DNA of 64,000 nt from Candidatus Spyradenecus sp. Lineage in GTDB: Bacteria > Verrucomicrobiota > Kiritimatiellia > RFP12 > DVOR01. Location of the stretch: contig JAZRAG010000014.1 in NCBI GenBank assembly GCA_045634445.1, positions 15,272 through 79,271 of the forward strand, read 5' to 3'. Made by a program: the position numbers and the translations under genes. Under the pieces are notes generated by a model that was not told where the DNA came from, searched no databases, and saw nothing but the letters and a program-made list of their open reading frames with translations. Positions 27,915 to 38,541 of this stretch are shown one piece after another (position 1 is the stretch's first letter; the number at the start of each line of letters is the position of its first letter).

Positions 27915-29696
27915 ATGAAGACGATGGTACGCAATACTTTGATGGCTACGCTTGGCTTCTGCGTGACAGCATGCGCTGTGGCTCAGACGAAGTTTGTGGC
28001 TGCAGATTATGGCATTGCGCCTGGAAAGGCGTTTAAGGCGGCCGATGTGGAGCGTCTCCTTGCCGATGTGAAGGCGGCAAAGGGCGCTAAAAAGTTGGTA
28101 TTTGAAGCCGGTACGTATGATGTAGGTGCAGAGCAGTGCCAAACGCGTACGTGGTTTATCTCAAATCATGACCAGGTGAATCCGCGTAAAGTCTTCTTGC
28201 CGCTTGAAGGGCAGACGGATCTCGAGGTGGAGGGAAATGGCGCATTCTTCAATTTGAAGGGGCGTATTATTCCTGTGGGGATTTGGGACTCGAAGCAGGT
28301 CTGCGTCAAGGATGTGACGGTGGATTATGAAATCCCGATGATTACGCAGGTGAACTTCACGGCGGTGGATGCTGCTGCAAAGACGGTGACCTTCCGCCCG
28401 ATTAAAGGGACGCAGACAGAACTTGTTAATGGTCGCCTTTACTTCAAGGGTTACGATTTCGTGAACTCTCCAGGTGGCGGTATTTTGTTTGAAGCCGATG
28501 GACGCATCGCCTACCGCACGAGTGACTGCGGCTTTAACCTTGGGAATGTGACTGCAAATGCAGATGGCACCTTCACGGCGGCACATTGCGCAAATGGCGC
28601 CTTTAAGGTCGGGCAGAATATGGCGTTGCGCGCGTGGGATCGTCCTGCGCCTGGCTTCGTGGTGTCGGACTCTGAAGATGTGAAATTGTTATCGATTACG
28701 ATGCATTACGCTGATGGTATGGGATTGCTCTGCCAGAGTACGAAGAATATTGTGGTCAATCAGTACAATGTGGTTCCGAACAAGGCAAAGGGCCGCGTCT
28801 TCTCGACACAGGCAGATGCGACGCACTTCTCGGGATGCTGGGGACATATTTTCTCGCTCGACAGTGTTTATCAAGGCATGATGGATGACGCAATTAATGT
28901 GCACGGCACCTATTTGCGCGTTCAGAAGCGTATCGATGATAAGACGCTTGAGTGCGCTTACATGCATCCGCAGGCTTATGGTTTCTCCTGGGGTAAGCCG
29001 GGTGAAAAGGTGATTTTCATCAAGTCGCGTGAAATGGCGATGATGTATGACACCGAGAATATTTTGGAAGACATTACGCCGATTGACCAACCGACCATCG
29101 TAGGTGCAAAGGTCTTCCGTTTGACCTTTAAGAATGCGCTTCCTGAGGCCGTGGATCCGACGAAGGTGGCGATTGGCATTGAAAACCTCACTCGCACGCC
29201 TTCGGTGAGCTTTGTCGCTAATGTCGTGATGGATAACCGTGCCCGTGGCGCCCTCTTCTCTACGCCTCAGACGGTGGTCTGCACCAACAACATCTTTGAC
29301 CACATCTCTGGTAGCGGCATCTTGCTCTGCGGCGACTGCAATGGTTGGTACGAAACGGGCGCTTGCACCGATGTGCTCATTGCTGAAAACACCTTCGTGA
29401 ATGCGTTGACTTCGCCCTTCCAATTCACCGAAGCAGTCATCTCGATCTGCCCTGAAATCCCTGAGATTAAGGAAGATTCGCCGTATTTGCATCGTAATAT
29501 CACGATTAAGGACAACGTCTTTGCAGCGTTTGACAAGCCGCTCGTCTTTGCCAAGAGTGTGGATGGTTTGGTCATCAAGGACAATGTCTTTGTGAAAACC
29601 GACACCTATGCGCCCTATCACTGGCATAAGGAATGGTTGACGCTTCGCCACTGCAAAAATGTGGATGCAGACGCACCGCGTGGTTGGAACGAATAA
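27915..29696 (+). CDS. Secreted right-handed beta-helix protein (glycoside hydrolase/lyase-like)
   Basis: Signal peptide. Repetitive N/D/G-rich beta-helix-like segments. No specific family could be assigned. Confidence 0.4.
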   Translation: MKTMVRNTLMATLGFCVTACAVAQTKFVAADYGIAPGKAFKAADVERLLADVKAAKGAKKLVFEAGTYDVGAEQCQTRTWFISNHDQVNPRKVFLPLEGQTDLEVEGNGAFFNLKGRIIPVGIWDSKQVCVKDVTVDYEIPMITQVNFTAVDAAAKTVTFRPIKGTQTELVNGRLYFKGYDFVNSPGGGILFEADGRIAYRTSDCGFNLGNVTANADGTFTAAHCANGAFKVGQNMALRAWDRPAPGFVVSDSEDVKLLSITMHYADGMGLLCQSTKNIVVNQYNVVPNKAKGRVFSTQADATHFSGCWGHIFSLDSVYQGMMDDAINVHGTYLRVQKRIDDKTLECAYMHPQAYGFSWGKPGEKVIFIKSREMAMMYDTENILEDITPIDQPTIVGAKVFRLTFKNALPEAVDPTKVAIGIENLTRTPSVSFVANVVMDNRARGALFSTPQTVVCTNNIFDHISGSGILLCGDCNGWYETGACTDVLIAENTFVNALTSPFQFTEAVISICPEIPEIKEDSPYLHRNITIKDNVFAAFDKPLVFAKSVDGLVIKDNVFVKTDTYAPYHWHKEWLTLRHCKNVDADAPRGWNE

Positions 29697-29713
29697 GCGG
29701 GTAGGGCAACGGC

Positions 29714-30337
29714 ATGAAGTTTTTGATTACGGCAGGCCCTACGCGCGAACCGCTTGATCCAGTGCGTTTTATCTCGAATCGCTCCACGGGGAAGATGGGC
29801 TTTGCCCTCGCGCAAGCTGCCGCAGAAGCTGGTCACGAGGTGACGCTTATCGCGGGCCCCGTGACGCTTCCCACGCCTGAAAAGGTGACGCGCGTAGATG
29901 TGGAAACTGCGCTCCAGATGTTGGACGCTGTTGAAACTCACCTGCCTGCAGCGGAGGTTTATATCTCTTGCGCAGCAGTCGCGGATTGGCGTCCTGCAAA
30001 TTACTCGCCTGTAAAGTTGAAGAAGGCTGGCATGGACGGCATGATTCAACTTGTGCGCAATCCTGACATTTTGAAGACGATTCGCCCCTTAAAAGGCGAC
30101 AAAATCTTCGTTGGGTTTGCTGCTGAAACAGGCGTGCCTGATGCGGAAGCTACACGTAAACTGAATGAAAAAGGGCTTGATTTCATTGTTGCGAATGATG
30201 TCACTGCGCCAGGAGCAGGCTTTGCCACAGATACTAATCGTGTGACCTTGCTCTTTCCTGATGGTTCGCGAGAAGAACTTCCGTTGGATTCAAAACTCGC
30301 CATTGCCAAACAAATCATTGCGCGCATTGCACGCTAA
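29714..30337 (+). CDS. coaB: Phosphopantothenate-cysteine ligase (CoaB domain, stand-alone)
   Basis: ITAGPTREPLDPVRFISNRSTGKMG is the CoaB signature. Confidence 0.7.
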   Translation: MKFLITAGPTREPLDPVRFISNRSTGKMGFALAQAAAEAGHEVTLIAGPVTLPTPEKVTRVDVETALQMLDAVETHLPAAEVYISCAAVADWRPANYSPVKLKKAGMDGMIQLVRNPDILKTIRPLKGDKIFVGFAAETGVPDAEATRKLNEKGLDFIVANDVTAPGAGFATDTNRVTLLFPDGSREELPLDSKLAIAKQIIARIAR

Positions 30338-30351
30338 GGTTTGCGAAAGTT

Positions 30352-30391
30352 AAATAAAAAGAGGACGCACAATCGTGGCGTCCTCTTTTTT
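30352..30391. terminator. Bidirectional terminator between coaB and the Dabb gene
   Basis: GAGGACGC-(loop)-GCGTCCTC flanked by A- and T-tracts. Confidence 0.55.
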
Positions 30392-30421
30392 ATCCACATG
30401 TTAAATGGAAATGTGAGCTGA

Positions 30422-30718
30422 TTAAGCTTCAAAATCAAGGCAGAGACGCACCTCAGTGTAAGGGCGTACATCGCGATCAGCCACTTCTACATGTGCTGGG
30501 TGTGTCGCGTAAGCCTTCAGCGCCGCTTCGTCCACAAAGGTGGAGTCTAACATCACATCGGCGTTAGAAGAGGGGAGACCTTGCGTCTGGACTTTAATCT
30601 CAACAAGACCTGGAATGATCCCTTGTAAGCCTTCAAGGCCTGCTTTAATGCCAGCTTTGACCGTTTCGGGAGCAGAAAGATCGCCCTTTAACTTCCAGAG
30701 AATGATGTGCTTAACCAT
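30422..30718 (-). CDS. Dabb-family stress-responsive alpha/beta-barrel protein
   Basis: 98 aa with the Dabb-like pattern (IILWKLK...HVEV). Confidence 0.6.
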   Translation of the reverse strand: MVKHIILWKLKGDLSAPETVKAGIKAGLEGLQGIIPGLVEIKVQTQGLPSSNADVMLDSTFVDEAALKAYATHPAHVEVADRDVRPYTEVRLCLDFEA

Positions 30719-30960
30719 CTTTTTAAATCCTTTTGGGTTGGGTTTAAGTGAGTACGCGCAGAATGTTACTCGTTTTCACTACGGAGGCGTAAAGTAATGA
30801 AAATATTATAATACAGCGCGTTCTCAAAAAAGCCAAGTAAGGAAGAAATATTTAATCTTTTTGTATCGCGTAAAATCAGGGTGCAAACAGTTAAAATGTG
30901 GTACACTATATGTGATAATGTTTTAATGGTTTAACCAGAGTCACAAGAAAGGATATTGCG

Positions 30961-31758
30961 ATGGCAAATCTTGTGGAGCGAAAAGATTGGGAAAAACCCG
31001 ACGTGCGATGCTTGAGTAAGGGTCGCGCTGGGAATGCCAGAGTCTACCTGCTTGAAGCGGCGGGTAAGAAAATTGTAATTAAAGACTTCCGTAAGAGCCC
31101 ATGGTGGATTCGTTGGACATGGGGACGTTGGATGGCAGGACACGAATATCGATTGATGAAGTGTCTTGATGGTCTGAAAGGTGTGCCGCAAAATGTCTTT
31201 CGTGTAGATGCCTATTCCTTTGGGATGGATTTCTTAGAAGGTATGACCTTTGGTGACTACAATCAGACGAATGCGTATGTTTTCCGTGGCGAGCTTCCTC
31301 CAGAAGCGCAGTTGCCGCATTTGTCGTTGTACTATTTCCGTGATTTGGAACGCCTCGTGTGTGCGATGCATCGCCGCCGTGTCACGCATTTGGATACGCG
31401 TAATGCGAAGAATGTGCTTATTTTGCCAGGCGAAAAGCCGGCATTGATTGACTTCCAGTCGGGCGTCTATTTGCGTAAGTGGTATCCGCGTTGGTTCCGC
31501 AAGATTTTGTTGCTCGCAGATTTGTCTTCAATTTATAAGCACTATTATCATCACTGCTTTGATGTCGACGGCAATCTCAATGAAGGGCCTGGCGCTTTTC
31601 CTGAAAATCGTGCACGTCTCTTTATGGCGCATTTGCGTCTGCGCAGCTTGTGGATGTTGAAGGGGTATAGCTTCTTGAACAAACGCAAAAAGAAGGCTTA
31701 CGAACGCTTCTTCTTAGAACGCTTTGGCCACTTGCAGCAGAAGAAGAGGAGGTCGTAA
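30961..31758 (+). CDS. Protein-kinase-like fold protein, LPS/Kdo kinase (WaaP/KdkA/RIO-like) family
   Basis: Catalytic-loop-like HLDTRNAKNVLI and DFQ (DFG-like) motifs. Confidence 0.5.
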   Translation: MANLVERKDWEKPDVRCLSKGRAGNARVYLLEAAGKKIVIKDFRKSPWWIRWTWGRWMAGHEYRLMKCLDGLKGVPQNVFRVDAYSFGMDFLEGMTFGDYNQTNAYVFRGELPPEAQLPHLSLYYFRDLERLVCAMHRRRVTHLDTRNAKNVLILPGEKPALIDFQSGVYLRKWYPRWFRKILLLADLSSIYKHYYHHCFDVDGNLNEGPGAFPENRARLFMAHLRLRSLWMLKGYSFLNKRKKKAYERFFLERFGHLQQKKRRS

Positions 31759-31759
31759 G

Positions 31760-32707
31760 ATGCTTTCCATCTATCAATGGGTTAATGGTAGCTTGCGCGA
31801 GGTGGTGACGCCTGATGGTCCCTGCTGGATTAACTTAGCAGATCCCTCAACGGAAGAAATCTTGCGCGTGCAGACGCTTACGGGTGTTTCGCGAGAATTC
31901 CTCTCTGACCCGCTCGACCGAGACGAACGTCCGCGTATGGATGTTGATGATGATGGCACTGTTCTCATCGTTGTACACATTCCGTACCATGAACCCGATG
32001 AAAACTTGCATCCGTTCAACACCCTACCGCTTGGTGTGGTGCACACGTCCAATGCTGTGATTACGGTCTGTAACCGTTCGACGCCGATTGCGGCCTCCTT
32101 CTTGGATCAGATTCGCCGCGTTTGCCCGCCAGAACAGAAATTCCGCTTTACCTTCCACCTCTTGTGGCATGCTGCAATTCTTTACTTGCGCTATTTGCGC
32201 GATATCCGTCAGCGTGCAGATATGGTGGAACAGGAACTTCACGAGTCCATTTCAAATGAAGGCTTGATGCGCCTTTTGAATATTGAAAAGTCGCTCGTTT
32301 ACTTCACGACCTCGTTGAAGGCTGACGATATCTTGTTGAGCCGTATTCGTACGACGCGTCAACTTGAAATTGACGAAGATGATTTAGACGTTCTTGAAGA
32401 TGTGCGCATTGAATATCAGCAAGCCTTGGAAATGGCAAGCATTCATAGCAACATTTTGACAGGTACGTTGGATGCCTTCGCTTCAATTATCAGCAACAAC
32501 CTCAACAATGTCATGAAGTTCTTGACCTCCATGACGATTGTGTTGACAGTGCCGATGTTGATTGCTTCAATTTTCGGCATGAATACGTGGTTGCCCTTTG
32601 CCAATGCTGAACATTGGGGGGCGCTCGGCTTCTGCGTCATTATGGGTATTGCTGTTTTGCTCATTGTCGTGACGGTCTTCTTCTTCGCGAGACGGCGATT
32701 CTTCTAA
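31760..32707 (+). CDS. corA: CorA-family Mg2+/Co2+ transporter
   Basis: GMN motif (IFGMNTW) and two C-terminal TM helices. Start 2 nt after the kinase stop. Confidence 0.8.
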   Translation: MLSIYQWVNGSLREVVTPDGPCWINLADPSTEEILRVQTLTGVSREFLSDPLDRDERPRMDVDDDGTVLIVVHIPYHEPDENLHPFNTLPLGVVHTSNAVITVCNRSTPIAASFLDQIRRVCPPEQKFRFTFHLLWHAAILYLRYLRDIRQRADMVEQELHESISNEGLMRLLNIEKSLVYFTTSLKADDILLSRIRTTRQLEIDEDDLDVLEDVRIEYQQALEMASIHSNILTGTLDAFASIISNNLNNVMKFLTSMTIVLTVPMLIASIFGMNTWLPFANAEHWGALGFCVIMGIAVLLIVVTVFFFARRRFF

Positions 32708-32725
32708 TGCGGAGAAGTTTCTCGC

Positions 32726-34021
32726 ATGCAGCACCTTGAGCCATTCAAACGACTCGCCTCTCAGTATGAAACGCTGAGGGGCGCGTCTGCTCAAGCGCTC
32801 GAAGAGGGTGAGGGAGGGGAGGTCCTCGGAAATGAGTATTCCCTTCAACAACTGTGGCATCATCAAGCCTTTGAAAACCGCGTCTTACATTTAACCGATG
32901 GCTCTGCGCTTGAAGTGGTTGAACCGGGCCGTTGGAATCATGCAGAAGGCCCTGATTTTAAAGATGCCATTCTCATTATTGCAGGGGAACTCCGTCGCGG
33001 AGACATTGAACTTCATGTGCGCCCCTCGGATTGGGATGCACACGGCCATGCCACAGACCCCGCGTATGGCAATCTCATTTTGCACGTGACGTGGTATGAG
33101 AAGCCCCTCGCAAAGACCCTTTTCCCGCAAGTGCCCTCTCTTTCGCTTGCGCAGAATTTTCCTGAATACGAAGTTTTTACAGAATTGCATCGTGGTCTCT
33201 CTGCTGATGCGAATGGCATGACACATCCATGCCTCGCGCACTTTCAAAAGGATGCGATTGCGTTTGACCGTCTCTTGTGTTCGGCAGGTTACTACCGTTT
33301 GATGGCGAAGACAAATCGCTTCATTGAAAGTCTTCAAGCCGAAGATGCGACTCAAGTATTCTATGAAAATTTGATGGCGACAATGGGGTATAGTCGTAAC
33401 GCTGAACCCTTCCGTCGATTGGCAAAAGAATACCCCTTATCGCTCTTGGCGCCCTTTTCAACGAAGCGTCGTTTTGCGATTCTTGCGCGCGTGGCAGGGT
33501 TGCTCTCTGAAAACCATCGTGAATTATGGGATTTGTGGTGGAATAGTGGCATTCGACCTCCGATGGAACCCTTCATCTGGAATTTTAAAGGGTTGCGTCC
33601 GCAAAATCACCCTTTTAGACGATTAGCGGGTGCATTAGGGATCCTGCAACACCTTTCAACGTTGTTGGAACTGCCCTTTACGGAATTGCCGACTGCCATA
33701 TTAGCGGCTTCAGAGGTCTTGCGCGCAGAAATTGGCTCGAAGACTGCTTTGGTGGGGCTCAAGCGCGCCACGGTGGTGATGATTAACCTCTTTGTGCCCT
33801 ATCGCCTTGCATTAGGCGCGCTTTCAGAACGTCAATTGCAAGCCTTGCCAGGAGAGGATATTTCAATGCCGATGCGAGAAACCTGGCTGCGTCTGACAGG
33901 GAAACGTACTGGAGTGCCTAAAGATGGTTTGCGCCAACAAGGTCTTTTACAGATTTACGCTGATTTTTGTCATAACCCGCGCATTGTTTGTGCAACATGT
34001 CCCTTGTTGAAGAAGATGTGA
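32726..34021 (+). CDS. Conserved hypothetical protein (DUF2851-like)
   Basis: 431 aa with no catalytic motif recognised. Lies in an operon-like arrangement. Confidence 0.3.
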   Translation: MQHLEPFKRLASQYETLRGASAQALEEGEGGEVLGNEYSLQQLWHHQAFENRVLHLTDGSALEVVEPGRWNHAEGPDFKDAILIIAGELRRGDIELHVRPSDWDAHGHATDPAYGNLILHVTWYEKPLAKTLFPQVPSLSLAQNFPEYEVFTELHRGLSADANGMTHPCLAHFQKDAIAFDRLLCSAGYYRLMAKTNRFIESLQAEDATQVFYENLMATMGYSRNAEPFRRLAKEYPLSLLAPFSTKRRFAILARVAGLLSENHRELWDLWWNSGIRPPMEPFIWNFKGLRPQNHPFRRLAGALGILQHLSTLLELPFTELPTAILAASEVLRAEIGSKTALVGLKRATVVMINLFVPYRLALGALSERQLQALPGEDISMPMRETWLRLTGKRTGVPKDGLRQQGLLQIYADFCHNPRIVCATCPLLKKM

Positions 34022-34029
34022 TTGCGGGA

Positions 34030-35487
34030 ATGGATGTTTTAATGGATGGAGTGAATATGGAAAACGCACTATACCTCATCTCAGTGGCAGGCCCAAATGC
34101 GGGGAAGAAGTTCGCTGTTTCAACAGCTGGCGCGACGTTGGGTCGTTCAAGAACTTCAACGATTTGTTTGGAAGACTCCGCTTTGTCGCGTCAACATTGT
34201 CAAATTACCTTTTCTCCCACTCCGCAGGTGGCCGACTTGGACTCCTCAAATGGCACGCTTTTAAATGGTACGCCGTTGACCAATGTGCCCACACCGCTTG
34301 CGAATGGTGATGTTCTTTCAATGGGTGAATGGATTTTCCGCGTTGAAATCGTAGCGCCCGTATCGCAAGTGCAACCTGTATCCGTTGAACCTAAGCCGGC
34401 TGCCGCACCTGTTACAGAAGCAACGCCCCCAATTACGCTCTTTGGGGAAGAACAACCGTCAGCATCTGCCTCAGCACCAACGCAGGTGGAGAAGCCTCAA
34501 ACACTCTTTGATCACAGTGATGAAGAGAAGCCGCTTCCCTCTGGCGGATTTAACATTAAGCGTTTAATTCTTCCAATTGTGGCCGTGGTGACCTTGGCCC
34601 TCGGCGTAACGTTCCTTGTGATGGGGACAGGCGAAGAGGAGAGTGCAACGCGTCAAGTTCGTAATTTGCCACCAACTACGCGTCAGGTGGAATTTTCGTA
34701 TGAACGTTTTGTAACGGATGCACGCCATCTTTTCCGTTATACATTGTCCTATGACGCACCTACAAATGTGCTCTTCTTGGAGGTGAATGACTTAGGGGAT
34801 GCGGATCGTAGTTTCACAAAGAAATTAGAACTTCCCAAGGACGCGAAAGATCTTTTGACGAAAATGATTTTAGAGATGGAACTCGATAAAATCGGTGAAA
34901 TCTTCCGCGAACAGAGTGAGGATGGTATTTCGGTAGAGCGTCGCACAGTCACCATTGTGCGGGGGTCAGATGTGTGGACGCGTACCGCTGAAAATGTGAA
35001 GAATCTGAATACAAAGCACGTCGCATTTAGCAAGGTGTGCGATCAATTAGAAACCTTCGCAAAGAACGAATTGAAGGTCTGGGCGGCCGAGTATTCCATT
35101 GATGAACTCGCGAAAATGGCTGCTGAACAATTGGAAGTCGCCAAACGTTATTGGGAACAACGTGACTTGGGCGATGAAAAGCTTTGGTTTGCAATTGTGG
35201 CATATCGAAAGGGAATCTCGGCATTAGACACCTTAAATCCGAAGCCTGCGATGATTACGGAGCTCTCGGATGGCTTGTTTGAAGCGGAAGCCCTCTTGGC
35301 AAAGCGTTATGAAGATAGCCTCTTCCAGGTTGAACAAGCAATGAATACCCAACAGTATGAAGTGGCGATGCAACATCTTCAGAAGATTTTGCGAATGATT
35401 CCAGATCGCGATGATTCGCGTCATGGTCAAGCCTCTGAAAAATTGTTGATGGTAGAACGTCGCCGTGGTATGAAAGGAGGACGTTAA
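34030..35487 (+). CDS. FHA-domain membrane protein
   Basis: N-terminal FHA (GRSRTSTICLEDSALSRQHCQI...SSNGTLLNG), Pro/Ala-rich linker, one TM, C-terminal soluble domain. The start could instead be 34042 or 34057. Confidence 0.55.
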   Translation: MDVLMDGVNMENALYLISVAGPNAGKKFAVSTAGATLGRSRTSTICLEDSALSRQHCQITFSPTPQVADLDSSNGTLLNGTPLTNVPTPLANGDVLSMGEWIFRVEIVAPVSQVQPVSVEPKPAAAPVTEATPPITLFGEEQPSASASAPTQVEKPQTLFDHSDEEKPLPSGGFNIKRLILPIVAVVTLALGVTFLVMGTGEEESATRQVRNLPPTTRQVEFSYERFVTDARHLFRYTLSYDAPTNVLFLEVNDLGDADRSFTKKLELPKDAKDLLTKMILEMELDKIGEIFREQSEDGISVERRTVTIVRGSDVWTRTAENVKNLNTKHVAFSKVCDQLETFAKNELKVWAAEYSIDELAKMAAEQLEVAKRYWEQRDLGDEKLWFAIVAYRKGISALDTLNPKPAMITELSDGLFEAEALLAKRYEDSLFQVEQAMNTQQYEVAMQHLQKILRMIPDRDDSRHGQASEKLLMVERRRGMKGGR

Positions 35488-35490
35488 AAG

Positions 35491-36825
35491 ATGAAAACGA
35501 TGAAACAAATGGTTCTCTTGTTGGTGGCTTTTTGCATGGGTTCTCTTTCGCTCTTGCAGGCGCAGGAGGTGATGGAGGCAACGGTGCGTGTCACGGTTGA
35601 ACCCGCAGCAACGCTTGCCGTGAATCACAAGATTATTTCGGAAGGCACCTCTTTCCAATTGACGTTGCCCCCAGATAAACCCGCCTTGTTGCGTCTCTCT
35701 GCACCAGGATACAAAACGGAGTATCGTTCTTTGTTGCCTTTCGCTGGAGAACGTCGCTATGAGTCGTTTAAATTGCAACGCGCCGAGATCCCGGTGTTGT
35801 TTAGAAGTAATTCGCCCGCAAAGGTGCTCTGCGATGGTCAGGAACTCGGAACAACGCCCTTCCATTACATGTTCTCCGAACCGAAGGCTTACCGCATCGT
35901 CTTCCGTTCGGAAGGTTTTGACGATCATGTTGTGCGTCTAAATCTTGCAGATGGTCGCCCGCAAGTGATGGACGCGACCTTAAAGGCTGACGCCGCCACT
36001 TTGGTGGTGGAATCCACCCCTTCTGGTGCAGCGATTCAAGTCAATGGCGTGCCTCGTGGTGTGACGCCTGCCACCTTTGAACGATTGAGAGAGGGATTGC
36101 ATACCGTTACCTTGCGTATGACGGGGTATCATTCTTTTGAACAGGCGATAGACTTGGAAGCTGGTAAAAAGATAACGATTAACCCCACATTGAAACGTTT
36201 GTCTGCAGCATTGAGCCTTACGAGTTCACCATCGAGTGCAACGGTCTATGTAAATGGTGTTCAGCGCGGTCAAACGCCGTTAACGGTGAATGATTTGGCA
36301 GAAGGGACCTATTCGATTCGTTTTGAAAAGGCTGGGTATGAACCCGTTGTGCATGGCACAATGGTACGCGCAGGCGAAACCATGAGTTTAAAAGGTGAAC
36401 TCACACTCTCCACGGGTGAAGTAAAAGTGCAGACGCAGCCTAGTAAAGTGCAGGTCTTTTTGGGAGGGAAATGTATTTTAACAACATCTCCTGAATCAAA
36501 GGATTCCTTTACCTCTGCAGAGGCGACATTGAAGTTACCCATCGGCGAACATGCCTTAGTCTTCCGTGCAGATGGGTATGCAGATGCAGCGCGTAAGGTA
36601 ATTGTGAAGAAGTTTGGGAATGAAACAGTACGTGTGCGCTTAACGTTCAAGCCTAATTTTGAAGTGCGCACCTCCAATTCGGCTTATCGCGGTGTCTTGA
36701 TTCGCAAGGAGGCAGACGGCACGATTACCCTTGAATTGCGTCCGGGATTCTATCGCACCTTTACGCCTGCAGAAATCCGTTCTGCGCGTATTTGGGAGGA
36801 GAATAATGCTGCCTCTAATCGTTGA
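35491..36825 (+). CDS. Secreted PEGA-domain repeat protein
   Basis: Signal peptide. At least 4 PEGA-like repeats (VxSxPSGAxVxVNGxxxGxTP). Confidence 0.55.
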   Translation: MKTMKQMVLLLVAFCMGSLSLLQAQEVMEATVRVTVEPAATLAVNHKIISEGTSFQLTLPPDKPALLRLSAPGYKTEYRSLLPFAGERRYESFKLQRAEIPVLFRSNSPAKVLCDGQELGTTPFHYMFSEPKAYRIVFRSEGFDDHVVRLNLADGRPQVMDATLKADAATLVVESTPSGAAIQVNGVPRGVTPATFERLREGLHTVTLRMTGYHSFEQAIDLEAGKKITINPTLKRLSAALSLTSSPSSATVYVNGVQRGQTPLTVNDLAEGTYSIRFEKAGYEPVVHGTMVRAGETMSLKGELTLSTGEVKVQTQPSKVQVFLGGKCILTTSPESKDSFTSAEATLKLPIGEHALVFRADGYADAARKVIVKKFGNETVRVRLTFKPNFEVRTSNSAYRGVLIRKEADGTITLELRPGFYRTFTPAEIRSARIWEENNAASNR

Positions 36826-37549
36826 TACGCATTGTCACTTTGATGTTGAAGATTGTGCACAAGCGCTTTTAGACGAAGCACGTGAACAACACGTGGCGGT
36901 CCTTGCTGTGGGTGGCAATGCTATCAATAATCGCACAGCTGCGGAGTCGGGTACGCCTTTTGCATGTGGCTATGATTGGTCGTGTACAGGGGCTGAGATT
37001 CGCCTTGAAGACTATCCTGAAATGGTCGCAGTTGGCGAACTAGGCTTCGACTTCCATCGCGGTTATTCTGCAGATATAGAAGCAGACCAACGCGAACGCT
37101 TCGCTGTGCAGGCGGCTTTTGCACGCCAAGCAAATTTACCTGTGATTATTCACACGCGTGAAGCGGATGCAGTGACCGAGTCTGCCCTTGCTGAAGCGGC
37201 CTTACCAAAGACAGGGGTGATTCACTCCTTTACGGGTGATGTTGCGTTTGCGCGTCGATTACTTGATCTGGGGTACTACATCTCTTTCTCAGGGATTGTC
37301 ACTTTCCGGAATGCAGACCTCTTGCGTGAAACGGCTAAATTTGTCCCGAATGACCGCATTTTAGTTGAAACAGACGCTCCGTATTTAGCGCCCGTACCCT
37401 TACGTGGACGGCGTAATCGCCCTGCGTATGTCCGTGAAACAGCGGCCTTTGTGGCGGCCTTGCGGGGTGTCACCTTAGAAACATTTGCAACACAAACCTG
37501 CGCCAATGTCAAAGCCCTCTTTGGCTCGGTCGCACAGTGGGGAATTTAA
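36806..37549 (+). CDS. tatD: TatD-family metal-dependent hydrolase
   Basis: MLPLIVDTHCHFD N-terminus. Confidence 0.8.
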   Translation: MLPLIVDTHCHFDVEDCAQALLDEAREQHVAVLAVGGNAINNRTAAESGTPFACGYDWSCTGAEIRLEDYPEMVAVGELGFDFHRGYSADIEADQRERFAVQAAFARQANLPVIIHTREADAVTESALAEAALPKTGVIHSFTGDVAFARRLLDLGYYISFSGIVTFRNADLLRETAKFVPNDRILVETDAPYLAPVPLRGRRNRPAYVRETAAFVAALRGVTLETFATQTCANVKALFGSVAQWGI

Positions 37550-37555
37550 GTACAG

Positions 37556-38416
37556 ATGAAAGTCTTGGTGACAGGTGGCTCGGGTGCGTTAGGTTCGCAA
37601 GTCGTTCTGGCGTGTCAACAGGCAGGAATTCCCGTTGTGGCGCCTACACATCAGGCGGTGGATCTCACAGATTCAGATGCGATTAGCGCAATGTTGAAAA
37701 CTCATGCGCCTACGCATATCGTGAATTGCGCCGCGCAACGTCGCCCCGACCTCTGTGAGGCTGCAGACGATGCTGTTATTGCGCTCAATGTCTTATTGCC
37801 TAAACGCTTAGCTGACTTTGGTGTGCCGCTTGTGCACATCTCTACTGACTACGTCTTTAATGGCGCCAATGCGCCCTACGCAGAGGAGGCGATACGTCGC
37901 CCGCTCAATGCTTATGGTCGCCAAAAAGCAGAGGCTGAAAGCCTCATTGAAACATTAGAGAATGTCCTCATTTTGCGTGTGCCGATTCTCTTTGGCCCCA
38001 TTCAAAATTGGGCGAATTCTGCAGTCACGGTATTGGCCCAAAATTTGCTCAATGCCAAGGGTGCGCCAGTCCTTATGGATGATATCGCGATTCGCTATCC
38101 CACCTTCACCTGTGACATTGCGCAACAAATCCTCAGCCTTTTGCCAGAAGTGGGTAAACGATTCAAGGGAATTTATCACTATTCGGGCGAAGAACCAATG
38201 ACGAAGTTCACCATGGGGATGATAATGGCCCCCATGGTAGGGTGTGCTATTGCACAATGTCTGCCTGATCATCAACCCACTAAAGTGCCGCGTCCGTATG
38301 ATTGTCATCTCTCTACGCGAAAACTTCGGCAGACAGGTTGCTTCGTTAATCCCACACCTTTTCGCGTGGCGCTCCAAAAAACTTTGACAAAAGATGCGCA
38401 AACCCCTACAAAATAG
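37556..38416 (+). CDS. NAD(P)-dependent sugar reductase, RmlD (dTDP-4-dehydrorhamnose reductase)-like
   Basis: MKVLVTGGSGALG Rossmann motif and YxxxK region. Confidence 0.55.
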   Translation: MKVLVTGGSGALGSQVVLACQQAGIPVVAPTHQAVDLTDSDAISAMLKTHAPTHIVNCAAQRRPDLCEAADDAVIALNVLLPKRLADFGVPLVHISTDYVFNGANAPYAEEAIRRPLNAYGRQKAEAESLIETLENVLILRVPILFGPIQNWANSAVTVLAQNLLNAKGAPVLMDDIAIRYPTFTCDIAQQILSLLPEVGKRFKGIYHYSGEEPMTKFTMGMIMAPMVGCAIAQCLPDHQPTKVPRPYDCHLSTRKLRQTGCFVNPTPFRVALQKTLTKDAQTPTK

Positions 38417-38541
38417 GCAATATTCCTAATTTTAAGGTTGCTTAAGTGCATTTTTTGTGGCATACTGTAGTAGTCTTCCGTGGTCGGAAGCGAAATTAAA
38501 ACATTACTATAAAACTAAAAACAGAAAAGAAGGAAAAGAAA

